From: an uncultured Planctomycetota bacterium
Lineage (GTDB): Bacteria; Planctomycetota; Planctomycetia; Isosphaerales; Isosphaeraceae
Direction of reading: 5' to 3'
Assembly: GCA_963823665.1 (NCBI GenBank)
Contig: CAWGMQ010000005.1
Location: forward strand, 256,001-320,000
DNA: 64,000 nt
Part shown: positions 10,572 to 21,964 of the stretch, one piece after another
How positions within the stretch are numbered: position 1 is the first letter of the stretch
Layout of the letters: each line of letters opens with the position of its first letter
Translations under genes and position numbers: made by a program
The notes under the pieces: model-generated
Databases searched by the model: none
What the model saw: the letters and a program-made list of their open reading frames with translations, nothing else
What the model was told of the DNA's origin: nothing

Positions 10572-11089
10572 GGTCGATTGGTTCCTTGGTGTCGGGACAA
10601 AGTTCCTGATCGCTAAGACTGGGTGATGGCCTGCGCCCGTCACAGCAACAACCACGAGGCGCACCGCGACCGCACGCGGTACAGCGGAACGTCCTACGCA
10701 GTCACGCCATCACAGGGCCGACCCGTACTCCAAAGACGGGGCTCCATCGGGGCGCTGCCCTCAAGGCACAGGCCAGGAATGCGGGGCGCCGGATGCCCAT
10801 CGAACGAGTCCGGCTACGTCGCGATGATTTGAGCTTCGGTCAGACCAACCCCGATGTTGCAGGATCACGTCAACGTGTCGGACCCCGCACCGGCCGACCA
10901 CAGGATTCCTACCCGGGCCGCCAATACCGATTGATCGTGACGAATACCGGACAGTTCAGATGCGGAACGCCGCACCTCGGCATTCCCCTCTGCATCCTCT
11001 GCTGATCGATCGAGCGCATCTCATCGCACACACTGCGACCCTCGAACATAACGAAAAAATCTTCAAAGTCAATCTGGTGCCGAGGGATG

Positions 11090-11117
11090 TTGACAAAAAC
11101 GAACATGTTTATATTAC
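11090..11117 (+). promoter_or_regulatory. Candidate sigma70 promoter of the GH67 operon with a palindrome in the spacer
   Basis: TTGACA (11090-95), 16 nt, TATTAC (11112-17) in an AT-rich patch; AACATGTT palindrome in the spacer. Confidence 0.45.
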
Positions 11118-11331
11118 CGGAGCTGATTTTTATGAAACGTGCCCGTTGCAGATAAAGACAAAAACACGCATTGCACAACCTTGTGCTGAGACATTCAGTT
11201 TGGGTAACCTCTGGCAACCACCAGGCGTTCCACTTGTAGACTGCCGGCCCGCCCCATCCTGCGGTACACTTCGGTCCGGCTCGATCAACCGCCCATCACG
11301 ACGCCACCCCGAGCATCGAGCGAGGGCCATC

Positions 11332-13512
11332 ATGCCAGGTCGCCGTCTCCTTGGATTGGTTCTCGGCCTCGCCACCTCATTGCCGGTTTCGGCCATGGCC
11401 GAGGACGGCTATCGCCTGTGGCTGCGCTACGACCGCCTCCCCGAGCAATCGATCAACGCCTACCAGCCTCGGCTCAAGTCCGTGGTGATACCAGGCAACT
11501 CGGCGACTCTCGATGCCATCCGCACCGAGCTTGTCGACGGTTTCTCCGGACTGCTCGGCCATCCCGTTCCGGCCGCAGGGACCGTCGACCGCGATGGCGC
11601 CGTGGTCGTCGGAACACCCAGGAGTTCGCCGATCATCGCCAGCCTCGGTTGGGGCCCTCGGCTGGCCGAGCTCGGGCCGGAGGGGTTCCGGATCCACTCC
11701 GTCAAGCTGGGCGGACGAGCGATCACCGTCGTCGCCTCCGACGGCGAAATCGGTGCGCTCTACGGCGCCTTCCACTTCCTCCGTCTGGTGCAAACGCTCC
11801 GGCCGGTCGAAAACCTGGATGTGACAGAACAACCACGCCTGCGCCTCCGCCTGCTCAACCATTGGGATAACCTCGACGGCACCATCGAGCGAGGCTACGC
11901 CGGGCGATCCCTCTGGGACTGGAAGTCCCTTCCCGAGGCGCCGGCCGCGCGACTCCGCGACTACGCCCGCGCCAATGCCTCCATAGGGATCAACGGCTCC
12001 GTGCTCAATAACGTGAATGCCCGCTCCGCGATTCTGGCCGCCGATTACTTGAAAAAGGTCGCCGCCATCGCCGCCGCATTCCGCCCCTATGGCGTGCGGG
12101 TTTATCTATCGGCGCGGTTCTCGGCGCCGATTGAGCTGGGCGGCCTGAAAACTGCCGATCCGCTCGATCCAGGCGTCATCGCGTGGTGGAAGGCCAAGGC
12201 CGACGAAATCTACGCGCTCATCCCCGACTTCGGCGGGTTCCTGGTCAAAGCCAGCAGCGAGGGCCAGCCGGGTCCGCACACCTACAATCGCAGCCACAAG
12301 GACGGTGCGAACATGCTCGCCGCCGCGGTGGCTCCCCACGACGGCGTGGTGATGTGGCGTGCCTTCGTCTACGACCCCAAGCCAGGTTCCGATCGCGCCG
12401 CGGCCGCCTACGACTCGCTCCATCAGTTCGACGGCCAGTTCGCGCCGAACGTCTTGCTTCAGGTCAAGAACGGCCCCATCGACTTCCAGCCGCGCGAGCC
12501 CTTCCACCCGCTCTTCGGCGCCATGCCGAAAACCCCGCTCATGCTCGAGGTCCAGATCACCCAGGAGTACCTCGGCTTCGCGAATCACCTCGTGTTCCTG
12601 GCCCCGATGTGGCGCGAGTGTCTCGATTCCGACACCGATGCGGAGGGCCCCGGCTCGACCGTCGCCCGCGTCGTGGGCGGCTCCCTCTCCACCCCCAGGC
12701 GCCTGACCGGCATGGCCGGGGTCGCAAACACCGGCTCGGATCGCAACTGGACCGGCCACCACTTCGCCCAGGCCAACTGGTTTGCCTTCGGCCGCCTGGC
12801 CTGGGACTTGAGCATTCCTTCCCGGCAGATTGCCGACGAATGGGTTGAGCTGACGCTCACACACGATCGCGAAGCCAAGGCGGCCATCGAGCGCATCATG
12901 CTCGAATCATACGAGGTGGCGGTTGACTCCATGACGCCGCTCGGCCTGCACCACATCATGTGGCAGGGCCATCACTACGGGCCCGCACCCTGGTGGGATC
13001 GGGACGTGCGCCCCGACTGGAATTCGATCTATTACCACCGCGCCGACGCGCACGGAGTGGGCTTCGACCGCACCGGGACCGGCAGTGACGCCGTCAGCCG
13101 GTACCGCCCGGTGGTCCGCAGCCGATTCGCCGAGCTCGCCACCTGCCCCGAAGTCTTCCTGCTCTGGTTCCATCACGTCCCGTGGGACCACCGGCTGCGA
13201 TCCGGCCGCACGCTCTGGGACGAGCTGGCAATCCACTATCAGCGCGGAGTGAGCCAGGTCCGAGCCGCACGCGGGCAGTGGGACGCACTGGCCGGAGTGA
13301 TCGACCAGGAGCGGCACGCCGACGTCGCCAAGCGGCTGGCCATCCAGGAGCGCGATGCGGTCTGGTGGAGAGACGCCGTCCTGCTCTACTTCCAGACCTT
13401 CTCGCATCGCCCGCTGCCGCAAGGGGTCGAAGCACCGGCGCGGACGTTGGAAGAGTACAAGACCAGAAGCCTGCTCCGGCAGGACACTCCCGGTTCGAAT
13501 CGCATTCGCTGA
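11332..13512 (+). CDS. aguA: Alpha-glucuronidase, GH67, with signal peptide
   Basis: [58 protein letters not shown]. Confidence 0.95.
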   Translation: MPGRRLLGLVLGLATSLPVSAMAEDGYRLWLRYDRLPEQSINAYQPRLKSVVIPGNSATLDAIRTELVDGFSGLLGHPVPAAGTVDRDGAVVVGTPRSSPIIASLGWGPRLAELGPEGFRIHSVKLGGRAITVVASDGEIGALYGAFHFLRLVQTLRPVENLDVTEQPRLRLRLLNHWDNLDGTIERGYAGRSLWDWKSLPEAPAARLRDYARANASIGINGSVLNNVNARSAILAADYLKKVAAIAAAFRPYGVRVYLSARFSAPIELGGLKTADPLDPGVIAWWKAKADEIYALIPDFGGFLVKASSEGQPGPHTYNRSHKDGANMLAAAVAPHDGVVMWRAFVYDPKPGSDRAAAAYDSLHQFDGQFAPNVLLQVKNGPIDFQPREPFHPLFGAMPKTPLMLEVQITQEYLGFANHLVFLAPMWRECLDSDTDAEGPGSTVARVVGGSLSTPRRLTGMAGVANTGSDRNWTGHHFAQANWFAFGRLAWDLSIPSRQIADEWVELTLTHDREAKAAIERIMLESYEVAVDSMTPLGLHHIMWQGHHYGPAPWWDRDVRPDWNSIYYHRADAHGVGFDRTGTGSDAVSRYRPVVRSRFAELATCPEVFLLWFHHVPWDHRLRSGRTLWDELAIHYQRGVSQVRAARGQWDALAGVIDQERHADVAKRLAIQERDAVWWRDAVLLYFQTFSHRPLPQGVEAPARTLEEYKTRSLLRQDTPGSNRIR

Positions 13513-13519
13513 GGCTCGC

Positions 13520-14763
<1,244 letters not shown>

Positions 14764-14803
14764 GCCACCCCATCCGCGGGGTCAGAGAGAGAGGCGGAGA
14801 GAA

Positions 14804-16141
14804 ATGCCCGCGCCTACAGATGAAGTCGGGCCTCCTCGCGGCGACAGCGCGAGCGCAGCTTTCTCGGACGTGAACGCGCCCGCCCGCATCGGCGGTTACC
14901 GCTGGATCATCTGCGCCCTGCTCTTCTTCGCGACAACGATCAACTACCTCGATCGCCAGGTGCTCGGCATCCTGGCGGCGCCCTTGCAGAAGGAGCTCGA
15001 CTGGTCGGAATCCGACTACGGCTTGATCACGGCCGCGTTCACCGGCGCGTACGCGGCCGGCCAGCTCCTCGTGGGCCGCTTGATGGACGGGCTCGGCACG
15101 CGGCTGGGGCTCAGCCTCGTCGTGTTCTGCTGGAGCCTGGCGGCGATGGGCCATTCGGTGGCACGGTCGGCGCTCGGATTCGGCACGGCGCGACTTGCAC
15201 TGGGATTGAGCGAAGCCGGCAATTTCCCCGCCGCGATAAAGACGGTTGCCGAATGGTTCCCCAAGACGGAGCGCGCCCTCGCCACGGGGATTTTTAACTC
15301 CGGCTCGAACGTCGGGGCGATCGTGGCCCCTCTCATCGTGCCCTGGATTGCAACCCGATTCGGCTGGCAGTGGGCATTCTTGATCACGGGTGCGACGGGC
15401 TTCGTCTGGCTCGCCGCCTGGCTGGCAATCTACCGCAAGCCCGAGGAGCACCCGCGCCTGTCTCGGTCAGAGTTGGCTCACATACGCAGCGATCCTGTCG
15501 AGCCGATGGTCGCGATTCCCTGGTCGAGCCTGATCCGCCATCGGCAGACGTGGGCCTTCGCGGCCGGCAAGTTCTTCACTGACCCGATCTGGTGGTTCTT
15601 CCTTTTCTGGCTGCCGAAATTCCTCGAACAGGAGCACGGCATCACCCTGACCGGCCTCACACTGCCGCTCGTGGTTATCTATCTCGCCGCGGATGTCGGC
15701 AGCATCGGCGGCGGCTGGATCTCGTCGACCCTGATTCACCGCGGCTGGTCGGTGAACGCCTCGCGAAAAACGGCGATGCTCGTCTGCGCGCTCTGCGTGG
15801 TCCCGATCCTGCTGGCCGCGCGGACATCGAGCCTCTGGGTCGCGGTCGGCCTCATCAGCCTGGCGACCGCCGCGCACCAAGGGTGGTCGGCCAACCTCTT
15901 CACACTCGTCTCGGACACGTTTCCGCGACGGGCCGTCGCTTCGGTGGTCGGCATCGGCGGCTTCGCCGGTTCCATCGCCGGCATGTTGATCGCCACCGCG
16001 ACGGGATATCTCTTGCAGTGGACGGGCAGCTACGTGCCGATCTTCTTCGTCGCGTCGTCAGCTTACCTGATCGCGCTCGCAGTCATCCACGCCCTCGTCC
16101 CGGACCTCCAGCCGGCACGGTTGCAAGAAGCGCATGAGTAG
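14804..16141 (+). CDS. exuT: MFS hexuronate transporter (ExuT-like, ACS family)
   Basis: RWIICALLFFATTINYLDRQ, EAGNFPAAIKTVAEWFP, TDPIWWFFLFWLP, AHQGWSANL. Confidence 0.9.
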   Translation: MPAPTDEVGPPRGDSASAAFSDVNAPARIGGYRWIICALLFFATTINYLDRQVLGILAAPLQKELDWSESDYGLITAAFTGAYAAGQLLVGRLMDGLGTRLGLSLVVFCWSLAAMGHSVARSALGFGTARLALGLSEAGNFPAAIKTVAEWFPKTERALATGIFNSGSNVGAIVAPLIVPWIATRFGWQWAFLITGATGFVWLAAWLAIYRKPEEHPRLSRSELAHIRSDPVEPMVAIPWSSLIRHRQTWAFAAGKFFTDPIWWFFLFWLPKFLEQEHGITLTGLTLPLVVIYLAADVGSIGGGWISSTLIHRGWSVNASRKTAMLVCALCVVPILLAARTSSLWVAVGLISLATAAHQGWSANLFTLVSDTFPRRAVASVVGIGGFAGSIAGMLIATATGYLLQWTGSYVPIFFVASSAYLIALAVIHALVPDLQPARLQEAHE

Positions 16142-16252
16142 GAACACGCCGTGAGCCCGTACAATCTCCGCGCTGCGCGCATCTGGAATCGCCGGAGGGA
16201 GCCGGCGCTGCGACTGGCTGGGTTTCGTTCGACCTCACGTTTCCCTTCCCTG

Positions 16253-16381
16253 TCACGCTCGGTTCCGCGTGACCAGGAAGGGCAGGTACGGCAGAGCGAA
16301 AGCCATGGCGATCAGGATGAACATCGTGAGATCGTCAAATTCGCGAGGCATCCGAATGGCTCCGGAAAGCATCGCGACCAT
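16253..16381 (-). CDS. Possible 42-aa single-TM peptide (below the ORF-track cutoff)
   Basis: Hand translation: MVAMLSGAIRMPREFDDLTMFILIAMAFALPYLPFLVTRNRA; directly downstream of the oxidoreductase. Confidence 0.3.
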   Translation of the reverse strand: MVAMLSGAIRMPREFDDLTMFILIAMAFALPYLPFLVTRNRA

Positions 16382-16408
16382 TGGGACCGCCACTCATCTG
16401 CGGCGCCT

Positions 16409-17737
16409 CTATTCAGCGAAACCAATCTTCTGCTCCTTGTCGTCCCATGTGACTTTCTTCCCACTGCGCAGCGCCGCGTTGCCGATATGGGCCGCTCGCG
16501 CCGCGGCTATTCCCACGCGGATGGGGGCATTGGGCTCCTTCCGCGTGCGGATGCAATCCAGCCAGTTGCGCAGATGGTCGGAAGTTCCCTCGTATTCGGA
16601 TTCGACATAAATCTTGGGCTCCGGCCGCCAGCGCCGCTCGGCTCGATTGAATTTCGGCCAGCCGCGGCCGCGATCCTCTTCATACAGCGCCAGCGCCGCC
16701 CGGCTGATTTCCAGGGTCCCGTTCGAGCCGTGGAAGATGATGCTGCCGAAATCCATTCCCATCGTGTGGCAGCCCGAATAATTCACCAGGAACCCCTTGG
16801 GATACTCCAGCGTACAGCTCAGGTTATCCGGGCACTCGAAGGGCCAGTCGTAGGCGTGGCCGATGCCCAGGGCGCTCGATGGCGTGTCGCACTCCATATA
16901 CCAGTGAACGGTCTCGATCGCATGCGTCATCAAATCCGCAAGATTGCCGCCGCCAAAATCCCAGAACTGCCGCCATAGCCGAAACTTCATCTGATTGAAG
17001 GGCTGCTCGGGCGCCGATCCCAGCCAGGCCGTCCAGTCGAGATTGGCCGGAGCCGCCTGGCTTTTGGGAAGACTACTCGCTCCTCGCACGCCGTAATTCA
17101 TGAACCAGAAGGCTTCGACAAGCCGCACGACGCCCAGTGCGCCCGACGCGACGATTTGTTTGCCCTGGACGTAGTGGGGCCAGCTCCGTTGCTGGGTGCC
17201 GGTCTGCACGATACGCCCGCTTTTCTCGACGGCCGCGATCTCCTCGGGACCTTGTTCCAGGCTGTGCGTCACCGGTTTCTCGACGTAAACGTCTTTCCCC
17301 GCCGCCAGCGCATCGATGAGCATTTGTTTGTGCCAGTGATCGGGGGCCGCGATGATCACCGCTTCGACATGTTTTTGATCCAGGAGCTTGCGGTAGTCAT
17401 GGAATTTGGCTGTGTTCGCGCCCGCCCTGGCGGCGGCCTGGTCGCGATGCGGCGCGTATACGTCTGCCACGGCCACCAGATCCGCACCCTCCACGGGCTT
17501 CGTCTTCCATTGCAGAATGCCGCCTTGAACCGGCTCCCTCGGCTTGGGCGCCAGGTGGTCCATCAACTGCGCGGCTCGACCGCCTGTTCCGACCACCCCG
17601 ATCCTCACCCGCTCGTTGGCCCCCAAAATGTTCGCGAAGGGTCTGGCGCCTGATGTCGACAAAGCGAGATGCCCCGCTCCGGCGCCCGCAGAACCTTCGA
17701 GAAAGCGGCGACGAGTCGTAGTATCGTTTGTTCGCAT
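16409..17737 (-). CDS. Gfo/Idh/MocA oxidoreductase, Tat-exported
   Basis: TRRRFL, GVVGTGGR, IAAPDHWH, YVEKP, QTGTQQRS, WDFGGG. Confidence 0.92.
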   Translation of the reverse strand: MRTNDTTTRRRFLEGSAGAGAGHLALSTSGARPFANILGANERVRIGVVGTGGRAAQLMDHLAPKPREPVQGGILQWKTKPVEGADLVAVADVYAPHRDQAAARAGANTAKFHDYRKLLDQKHVEAVIIAAPDHWHKQMLIDALAAGKDVYVEKPVTHSLEQGPEEIAAVEKSGRIVQTGTQQRSWPHYVQGKQIVASGALGVVRLVEAFWFMNYGVRGASSLPKSQAAPANLDWTAWLGSAPEQPFNQMKFRLWRQFWDFGGGNLADLMTHAIETVHWYMECDTPSSALGIGHAYDWPFECPDNLSCTLEYPKGFLVNYSGCHTMGMDFGSIIFHGSNGTLEISRAALALYEEDRGRGWPKFNRAERRWRPEPKIYVESEYEGTSDHLRNWLDCIRTRKEPNAPIRVGIAAARAAHIGNAALRSGKKVTWDDKEQKIGFAE

Positions 17738-17776
17738 GCTTGAGCTCCCTGGGCAAATCACAATTGCCCGGATCGA

Positions 17777-18454
17777 TCAATCATCACCCAGCTCAAACTT
17801 CGGGCCAAGCAGTTCTTTCCACTGCTTTTTCTGGGCATCGGTGAGGATGTCTTCGAGCTTCTGACCGTGGTCCTTGCGAATTTGCTCGATCTTCGGTCGA
17901 ATCTCTTGCGGATTACCGCCGGCCTGAGCCTCCTTGATCAGAGGCTCGACTTTCTTGTGCAGCTCCTGCACGATGGCCATGAATTTCATCATTTGTTCTT
18001 GCGTGATCTTCAGCTCTTTCCGGACCTCGTCCTGGCCCAGGGCGAAGGCGCCCTCGATCTGAAGCGCCACCTGCCGCACCCGAGTCTGTTGTTCGGGCTT
18101 GAGCACTTCCTTCAATTGCTTGGCGAGCTTCTCTCGAGCATTCTTCCTGTGCTCCTCGAGCTTCTTTTCACGGTCCGGCCCGGTCTCGTCCTTCAGGGAG
18201 TCGAGGAACGGGCCCGTTTCCATGATCCGATCGATCAGGTTCTGCATCAGCTTCTCTCTCTGCTCGTCGGAGACCTTGAGCTCCTCCAGCACTTTCTCGC
18301 GAAACACGATGAACGGAGGGCCCAGAGCCTCCACGACCTGCTTGCGCTGTTCTTCGGGCACCTGAGCCGCAGCCTTCTGGAACGACTGGCCCCACCCGAG
18401 CACGATCACGGCCAAACCCATCACGGCGCCACGGAAACGGTAGTTGAGCGGCAT
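17777..18454 (-). CDS. Exported helical protein with Spy/CpxP-like LTxxQ repeats
   Basis: Signal peptide; ELKVSDEQ, VLKPEQ, ELKITQEQ, ILTDAQKKQWKELLG. Confidence 0.75.
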   Translation of the reverse strand: MPLNYRFRGAVMGLAVIVLGWGQSFQKAAAQVPEEQRKQVVEALGPPFIVFREKVLEELKVSDEQREKLMQNLIDRIMETGPFLDSLKDETGPDREKKLEEHRKNAREKLAKQLKEVLKPEQQTRVRQVALQIEGAFALGQDEVRKELKITQEQMMKFMAIVQELHKKVEPLIKEAQAGGNPQEIRPKIEQIRKDHGQKLEDILTDAQKKQWKELLGPKFELGDD

Positions 18455-18694
18455 CGATTTCTCCCTTTCAGTTCGAGTTGATCCTCCCAGAGTGTATTCC
18501 GCTGTGGCCATGCGCGGCAACCTCCCTGAGAATCAGCCGGAGGTCACTCTTGCATCATCCGGTTCGATCCGTGTTCCACCCGTGGCGATACTCCGAGACC
18601 GTTCTTATACTTCACTTCCAGGGCCTGCTCGAACGCCCGCGAGCCCGCCGGCGCCAGTTCCTGAACCGGATTTCATCCCCGGCAAAGAAATACC

Positions 18695-19449
18695 GTGGCA
18701 CTTCGCCGAGTCCAGTTATGTCGACAACACCACGACGACGGATCACCCTGTTCGTCGCCCTACTCCACCCTGAATGGTTCCACGATCACGCTGCACCCGC
18801 ACACGATCAGATTTGACATTCCCGCCGGTTGGACTGAGGGCCACGAAAACCGAAGAAACCTCCACCTTTCCCGCAGTCAGCTTGCGAAAGCCGAGCAGCC
18901 CGTTTTCGACGAGTGGGACAGGGAGTTTGCTCCCGCGTGCAACGCGGCTTTCCCATTCACTCGCTGCGCAGCTCATCTCGGCAGCGAAGGCTGGGGAAAC
19001 GATGGCCGCCGATTTGACGACCTCCAGGTACGCGTCTACGAGCTGGCGCGGGTCACTGCGCAAGCAGAGGATCAAATCGACCGCGCAATCGCAGACGCGA
19101 CCGAAGCGATCCGGCTCGAGCCGAATTGCAGCCTGGCATACGCTCACCGCTCCAACCTGTGGACGCTCAAGAAAGAATATGAGAAAGCGAAAGCCGACGC
19201 CGATGCGGTCATTCGCCACGATCCCAAGTCGGCCACGGGCTACATACTGAGAGCGGTCGCGTGGAACTGGCCAAAGAGCTCGGCAGCGCGCTGGCCGACT
19301 GCGACGAGGCGATTCGCCTTGATCCGACGTCGAAAACCCCCCACGCCATCCGCGCCGCGAGCCTCGCCAACAAGGGCGAGCTGGGCGCTGCGCTCGGCGA
19401 ATGGATCACGCATCCCTTCCCCGTCAAACTCACCTTCGGCTCGAAATGA
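18695..19449 (+). pseudogene. Chimeric or degraded gene: unknown N-terminal domain fused to about three TPR repeats, frameshift near 19270
   Basis: DRAIADATEAIRLEP, AYAHR, ATGYILRA; ALADCDEAIRLDP in another frame; no clean start codon. Confidence 0.55.
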
Positions 19450-19535
19450 AGCGCGTGCGCTCGGATCCGTTCTGATTCGCACGAAACGTCGCTATACTGA
19501 AGCCATCGATCAACCATCGCGGAGGCGGACAAACC

Positions 19536-20063
19536 ATGAAACAGCCCGCGATCAATCGCCGATGGCCAATCCGGTCAGGACGCCGTGGCGTGCTTATCCC
19601 CGCTCAGCTCATCGCCGCCAGCATGCTCTTGCCGTCGGTCGCCGCCGGCACGCCGGGATGCTCGTACGCTTACGAGTATAAGATTCACGGCGTCGTCAGA
19701 AATGCGGTTGACGGCGCTCCACTCGACGGCGTGGCTGTCAGCCTGAAATTACAGCCACGCACCCCGCCGACGAAATGGGTTGGCGCACACGAACGCACCG
19801 CGGGGGCAGCGTCGTCCGATGCAAACGGTTCGTTCTCGGTGCAAACCGTGATCGACGACGTCGAGTTCAAGGTCACGCCCAGATGGGTCTTGAGCCTTAC
19901 CAAAGAAGGTTTCGAGGAGACGATCGTCGACATCAGCCAGCGCGAACAGCCCAAGAGCGGCTCGCCGCCGTACCTGATTGCGGTCGTCGCCTACATGCGC
20001 GCGAGCCCGCCGGGCGCGGCACCGCACCCTGAAGGCGCCGTCAAGAAAGCCGAAGCGCCGTGA
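19536..20063 (+). CDS. Exported protein with carboxypeptidase-regulatory-like (prealbumin-fold) domain
   Basis: IHGVVRNAVDGAPLDGVAV...SDANGSF...LSLTKEGF. Confidence 0.6.
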   Translation: MKQPAINRRWPIRSGRRGVLIPAQLIAASMLLPSVAAGTPGCSYAYEYKIHGVVRNAVDGAPLDGVAVSLKLQPRTPPTKWVGAHERTAGAASSDANGSFSVQTVIDDVEFKVTPRWVLSLTKEGFEETIVDISQREQPKSGSPPYLIAVVAYMRASPPGAAPHPEGAVKKAEAP

Positions 20064-20524
20064 ACAAGAAACCCGGCAGTGCCGTCGAAGCCAGCTTGAT
20101 CGATGACGACTGGCCGGAAATCGGGCAAGTCGTCGTGCGTCCTGAGCGAAGCATCTTGTCCCGGCTCTCGCTTGTACTCATCCTCGCCGGGATCGGCGCT
20201 GATTACGCAGGCAAGTCCCAGATTAGGCCCGGCAGTATCGCCTTCAGGGAATCATACTCCCACATCCGCCGCTGCAACGAGTACATCGACTTGGGCATCG
20301 ATGAACTGGCGCTGGCGGAATTTGATCAAGCAGCGACACTGAAAGAACAAGCGCACCGGAAGTGGCATCGCGCGAGCTGGTTGGCCCTTGGCGGAGTGAT
20401 TCTATTCGTCGTGTCCCCGGGCTGCTTCGGCATTTCTCGGTGCGTCGGCGAGCGAGCGTTATCTTTTTGGTTCTTGGTTCTTTCGATCGCCTACGTCTTG
20501 CTGTTAATGATCATTGGTTGCTGA
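20060..20524 (+). CDS. Hypothetical membrane protein (about three TM)
   Basis: GTGA overlap with the previous gene; hydrophobic segments. Confidence 0.5.
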   Translation: MNKKPGSAVEASLIDDDWPEIGQVVVRPERSILSRLSLVLILAGIGADYAGKSQIRPGSIAFRESYSHIRRCNEYIDLGIDELALAEFDQAATLKEQAHRKWHRASWLALGGVILFVVSPGCFGISRCVGERALSFWFLVLSIAYVLLLMIIGC

Positions 20525-20573
20525 TCGCCCGCCCATTGATCAGGCCTTTCCGACAACCGGTAATCGCGTTCTA

Positions 20574-21194
20574 ATGATCGGCGATACACACGCGCGTTGG
20601 TTGAAGGAACGAAAGGCGCTCGATCTGGAACATTCCCGCATCAGATACCCCACCTGGCTCGACGTCATCATCGCGGCCGCTCTGGCCGCGGCCCTCTTCG
20701 CGTGCTACCAGCTCGGCTGGATCAGAGCGCACGAGAAGACACCGGTCTTTGAGCGCGACCCGAATTCCATCAGTGCCTGGCTGCACGAGGCTCGATACAT
20801 TCTCAGCTCAGCAATGCAGATCGGTATCATCCTCGCGATCGTGGGCTTCGCTCGCGTGCTCCGCGAGCCGAAATCGGCACGAAGGCTCCTCTTTCGCCAA
20901 CCCGGTGTCGCCGCCTGCGCGGCAATCGTCGCCGCACTGATCACTGCCGGGGCCAACACCGCCCTCTGGCTCGTCCGCTATGTCGAGTTTCACGACATGT
21001 GGTTAACTACCGGCTTCCCCGTCAACGTGTTATTCGATCTTGCAGAAAGGCATGTGAGTATCAGCGTGATCGCCGCCTGGGCTTACCTTGCTTTCGGCGG
21101 CGTGTGGGCACGGGGACGAAACTGGGTCAACTGGCTCGGCGGCACGCTCGGCTTCCTGGCTGTACTGAACACGCTCCTGTGGTACGTGCCATGA
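20574..21194 (+). CDS. Hypothetical polytopic membrane protein (paralog A)
   Basis: About five TM; RRLLFRQPGVAAC; C-terminal W..GRNWVNWLGGTLG. Confidence 0.65.
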   Translation: MIGDTHARWLKERKALDLEHSRIRYPTWLDVIIAAALAAALFACYQLGWIRAHEKTPVFERDPNSISAWLHEARYILSSAMQIGIILAIVGFARVLREPKSARRLLFRQPGVAACAAIVAALITAGANTALWLVRYVEFHDMWLTTGFPVNVLFDLAERHVSISVIAAWAYLAFGGVWARGRNWVNWLGGTLGFLAVLNTLLWYVP

Positions 21195-21811
21195 CACAGC
21201 GCGTGCCTGATCAAACGGTCCCGCTCGGCGATCGACTTCCAGCGAGAAAGCTCACGCTCAAGGATGCGATGGCGCTGATCGCTGCCACCGGCGTGGGGCT
21301 CGCCCTGATCCGTTATTCACTGTCGAAGTGTTTCGTCTGGGAAGAACCAGCGATGCCCGGCCGAATCGTGTATATCACATTCATCAACATCGGCCGGCTT
21401 GTGTACGGAACCATGCCGGTCCTCTTCGCGCTGTGTGCAACCGTTGTGTTCGCGGGCCTTCGTGGTCCACGGCCGCGGAGGCAGGAATTCGCTACGCGCC
21501 CGGGCCTGGCCGCGTGCGCCACGGCCCTTGTGGCCTTTGCCGTCGCGGTCCTCCTCCGGCTGCTCGATTACGCCACGATCGGGATGACACGTCCGATCGA
21601 GGTTTTGCTGGCGAAAGCGCCCGAGCTCTGGTCGCCGCAAGGAATCGACACGTTGTTGCAGTCCGCCGGCAGCGGTGCCATGCCCGCGATCCTGACAGTC
21701 TGGGGATTGCAAAAGCTGAGCGGAGCCTGGCAGCCGATCGCGGAGTGGCCCGATCGCCTCGGCCGAGCGCTCGGCTGGATTTTTCTTCTGTGGATGCTCA
21801 CACCGCATTGA
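21191..21811 (+). CDS. Hypothetical polytopic membrane protein (paralog B)
   Basis: ATGA overlap; LTLKDAMALIAA, RQEFATRPGLAAC, WQPIAEWPDRLGRALG. Confidence 0.7.
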   Translation: MTQRVPDQTVPLGDRLPARKLTLKDAMALIAATGVGLALIRYSLSKCFVWEEPAMPGRIVYITFINIGRLVYGTMPVLFALCATVVFAGLRGPRPRRQEFATRPGLAACATALVAFAVAVLLRLLDYATIGMTRPIEVLLAKAPELWSPQGIDTLLQSAGSGAMPAILTVWGLQKLSGAWQPIAEWPDRLGRALGWIFLLWMLTPH

Positions 21812-21964
21812 GCGCGGCATCGAACGACAAAATTCGTTGTCAGGTTTTCAACCGCCCAACGACTAATGGCCACAACCGCGCTACCACTCGCAATCGAGGT
21901 TGCTCAAGATCGAGGTCATTGGGTGGCGAATTCGTGCCTTCAAAAGCCAGAATGGAGTGCTCCC

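Noticed and set aside
11099..11112. LexA/SOS box at CGAACATGTTT
   Set aside because: The spacing does not fit GAAC-N4-GTTC, and the downstream genes are sugar-catabolic
10960..11331. 124-aa N-terminal extension of GH67
   Set aside because: It spans an AT-rich promoter-like region; the signal peptide begins at 11332
18695..21811. Integron cassette array
   Set aside because: No recognisable attC sites, the genes overlap at stop/start codons, and there is no integrase
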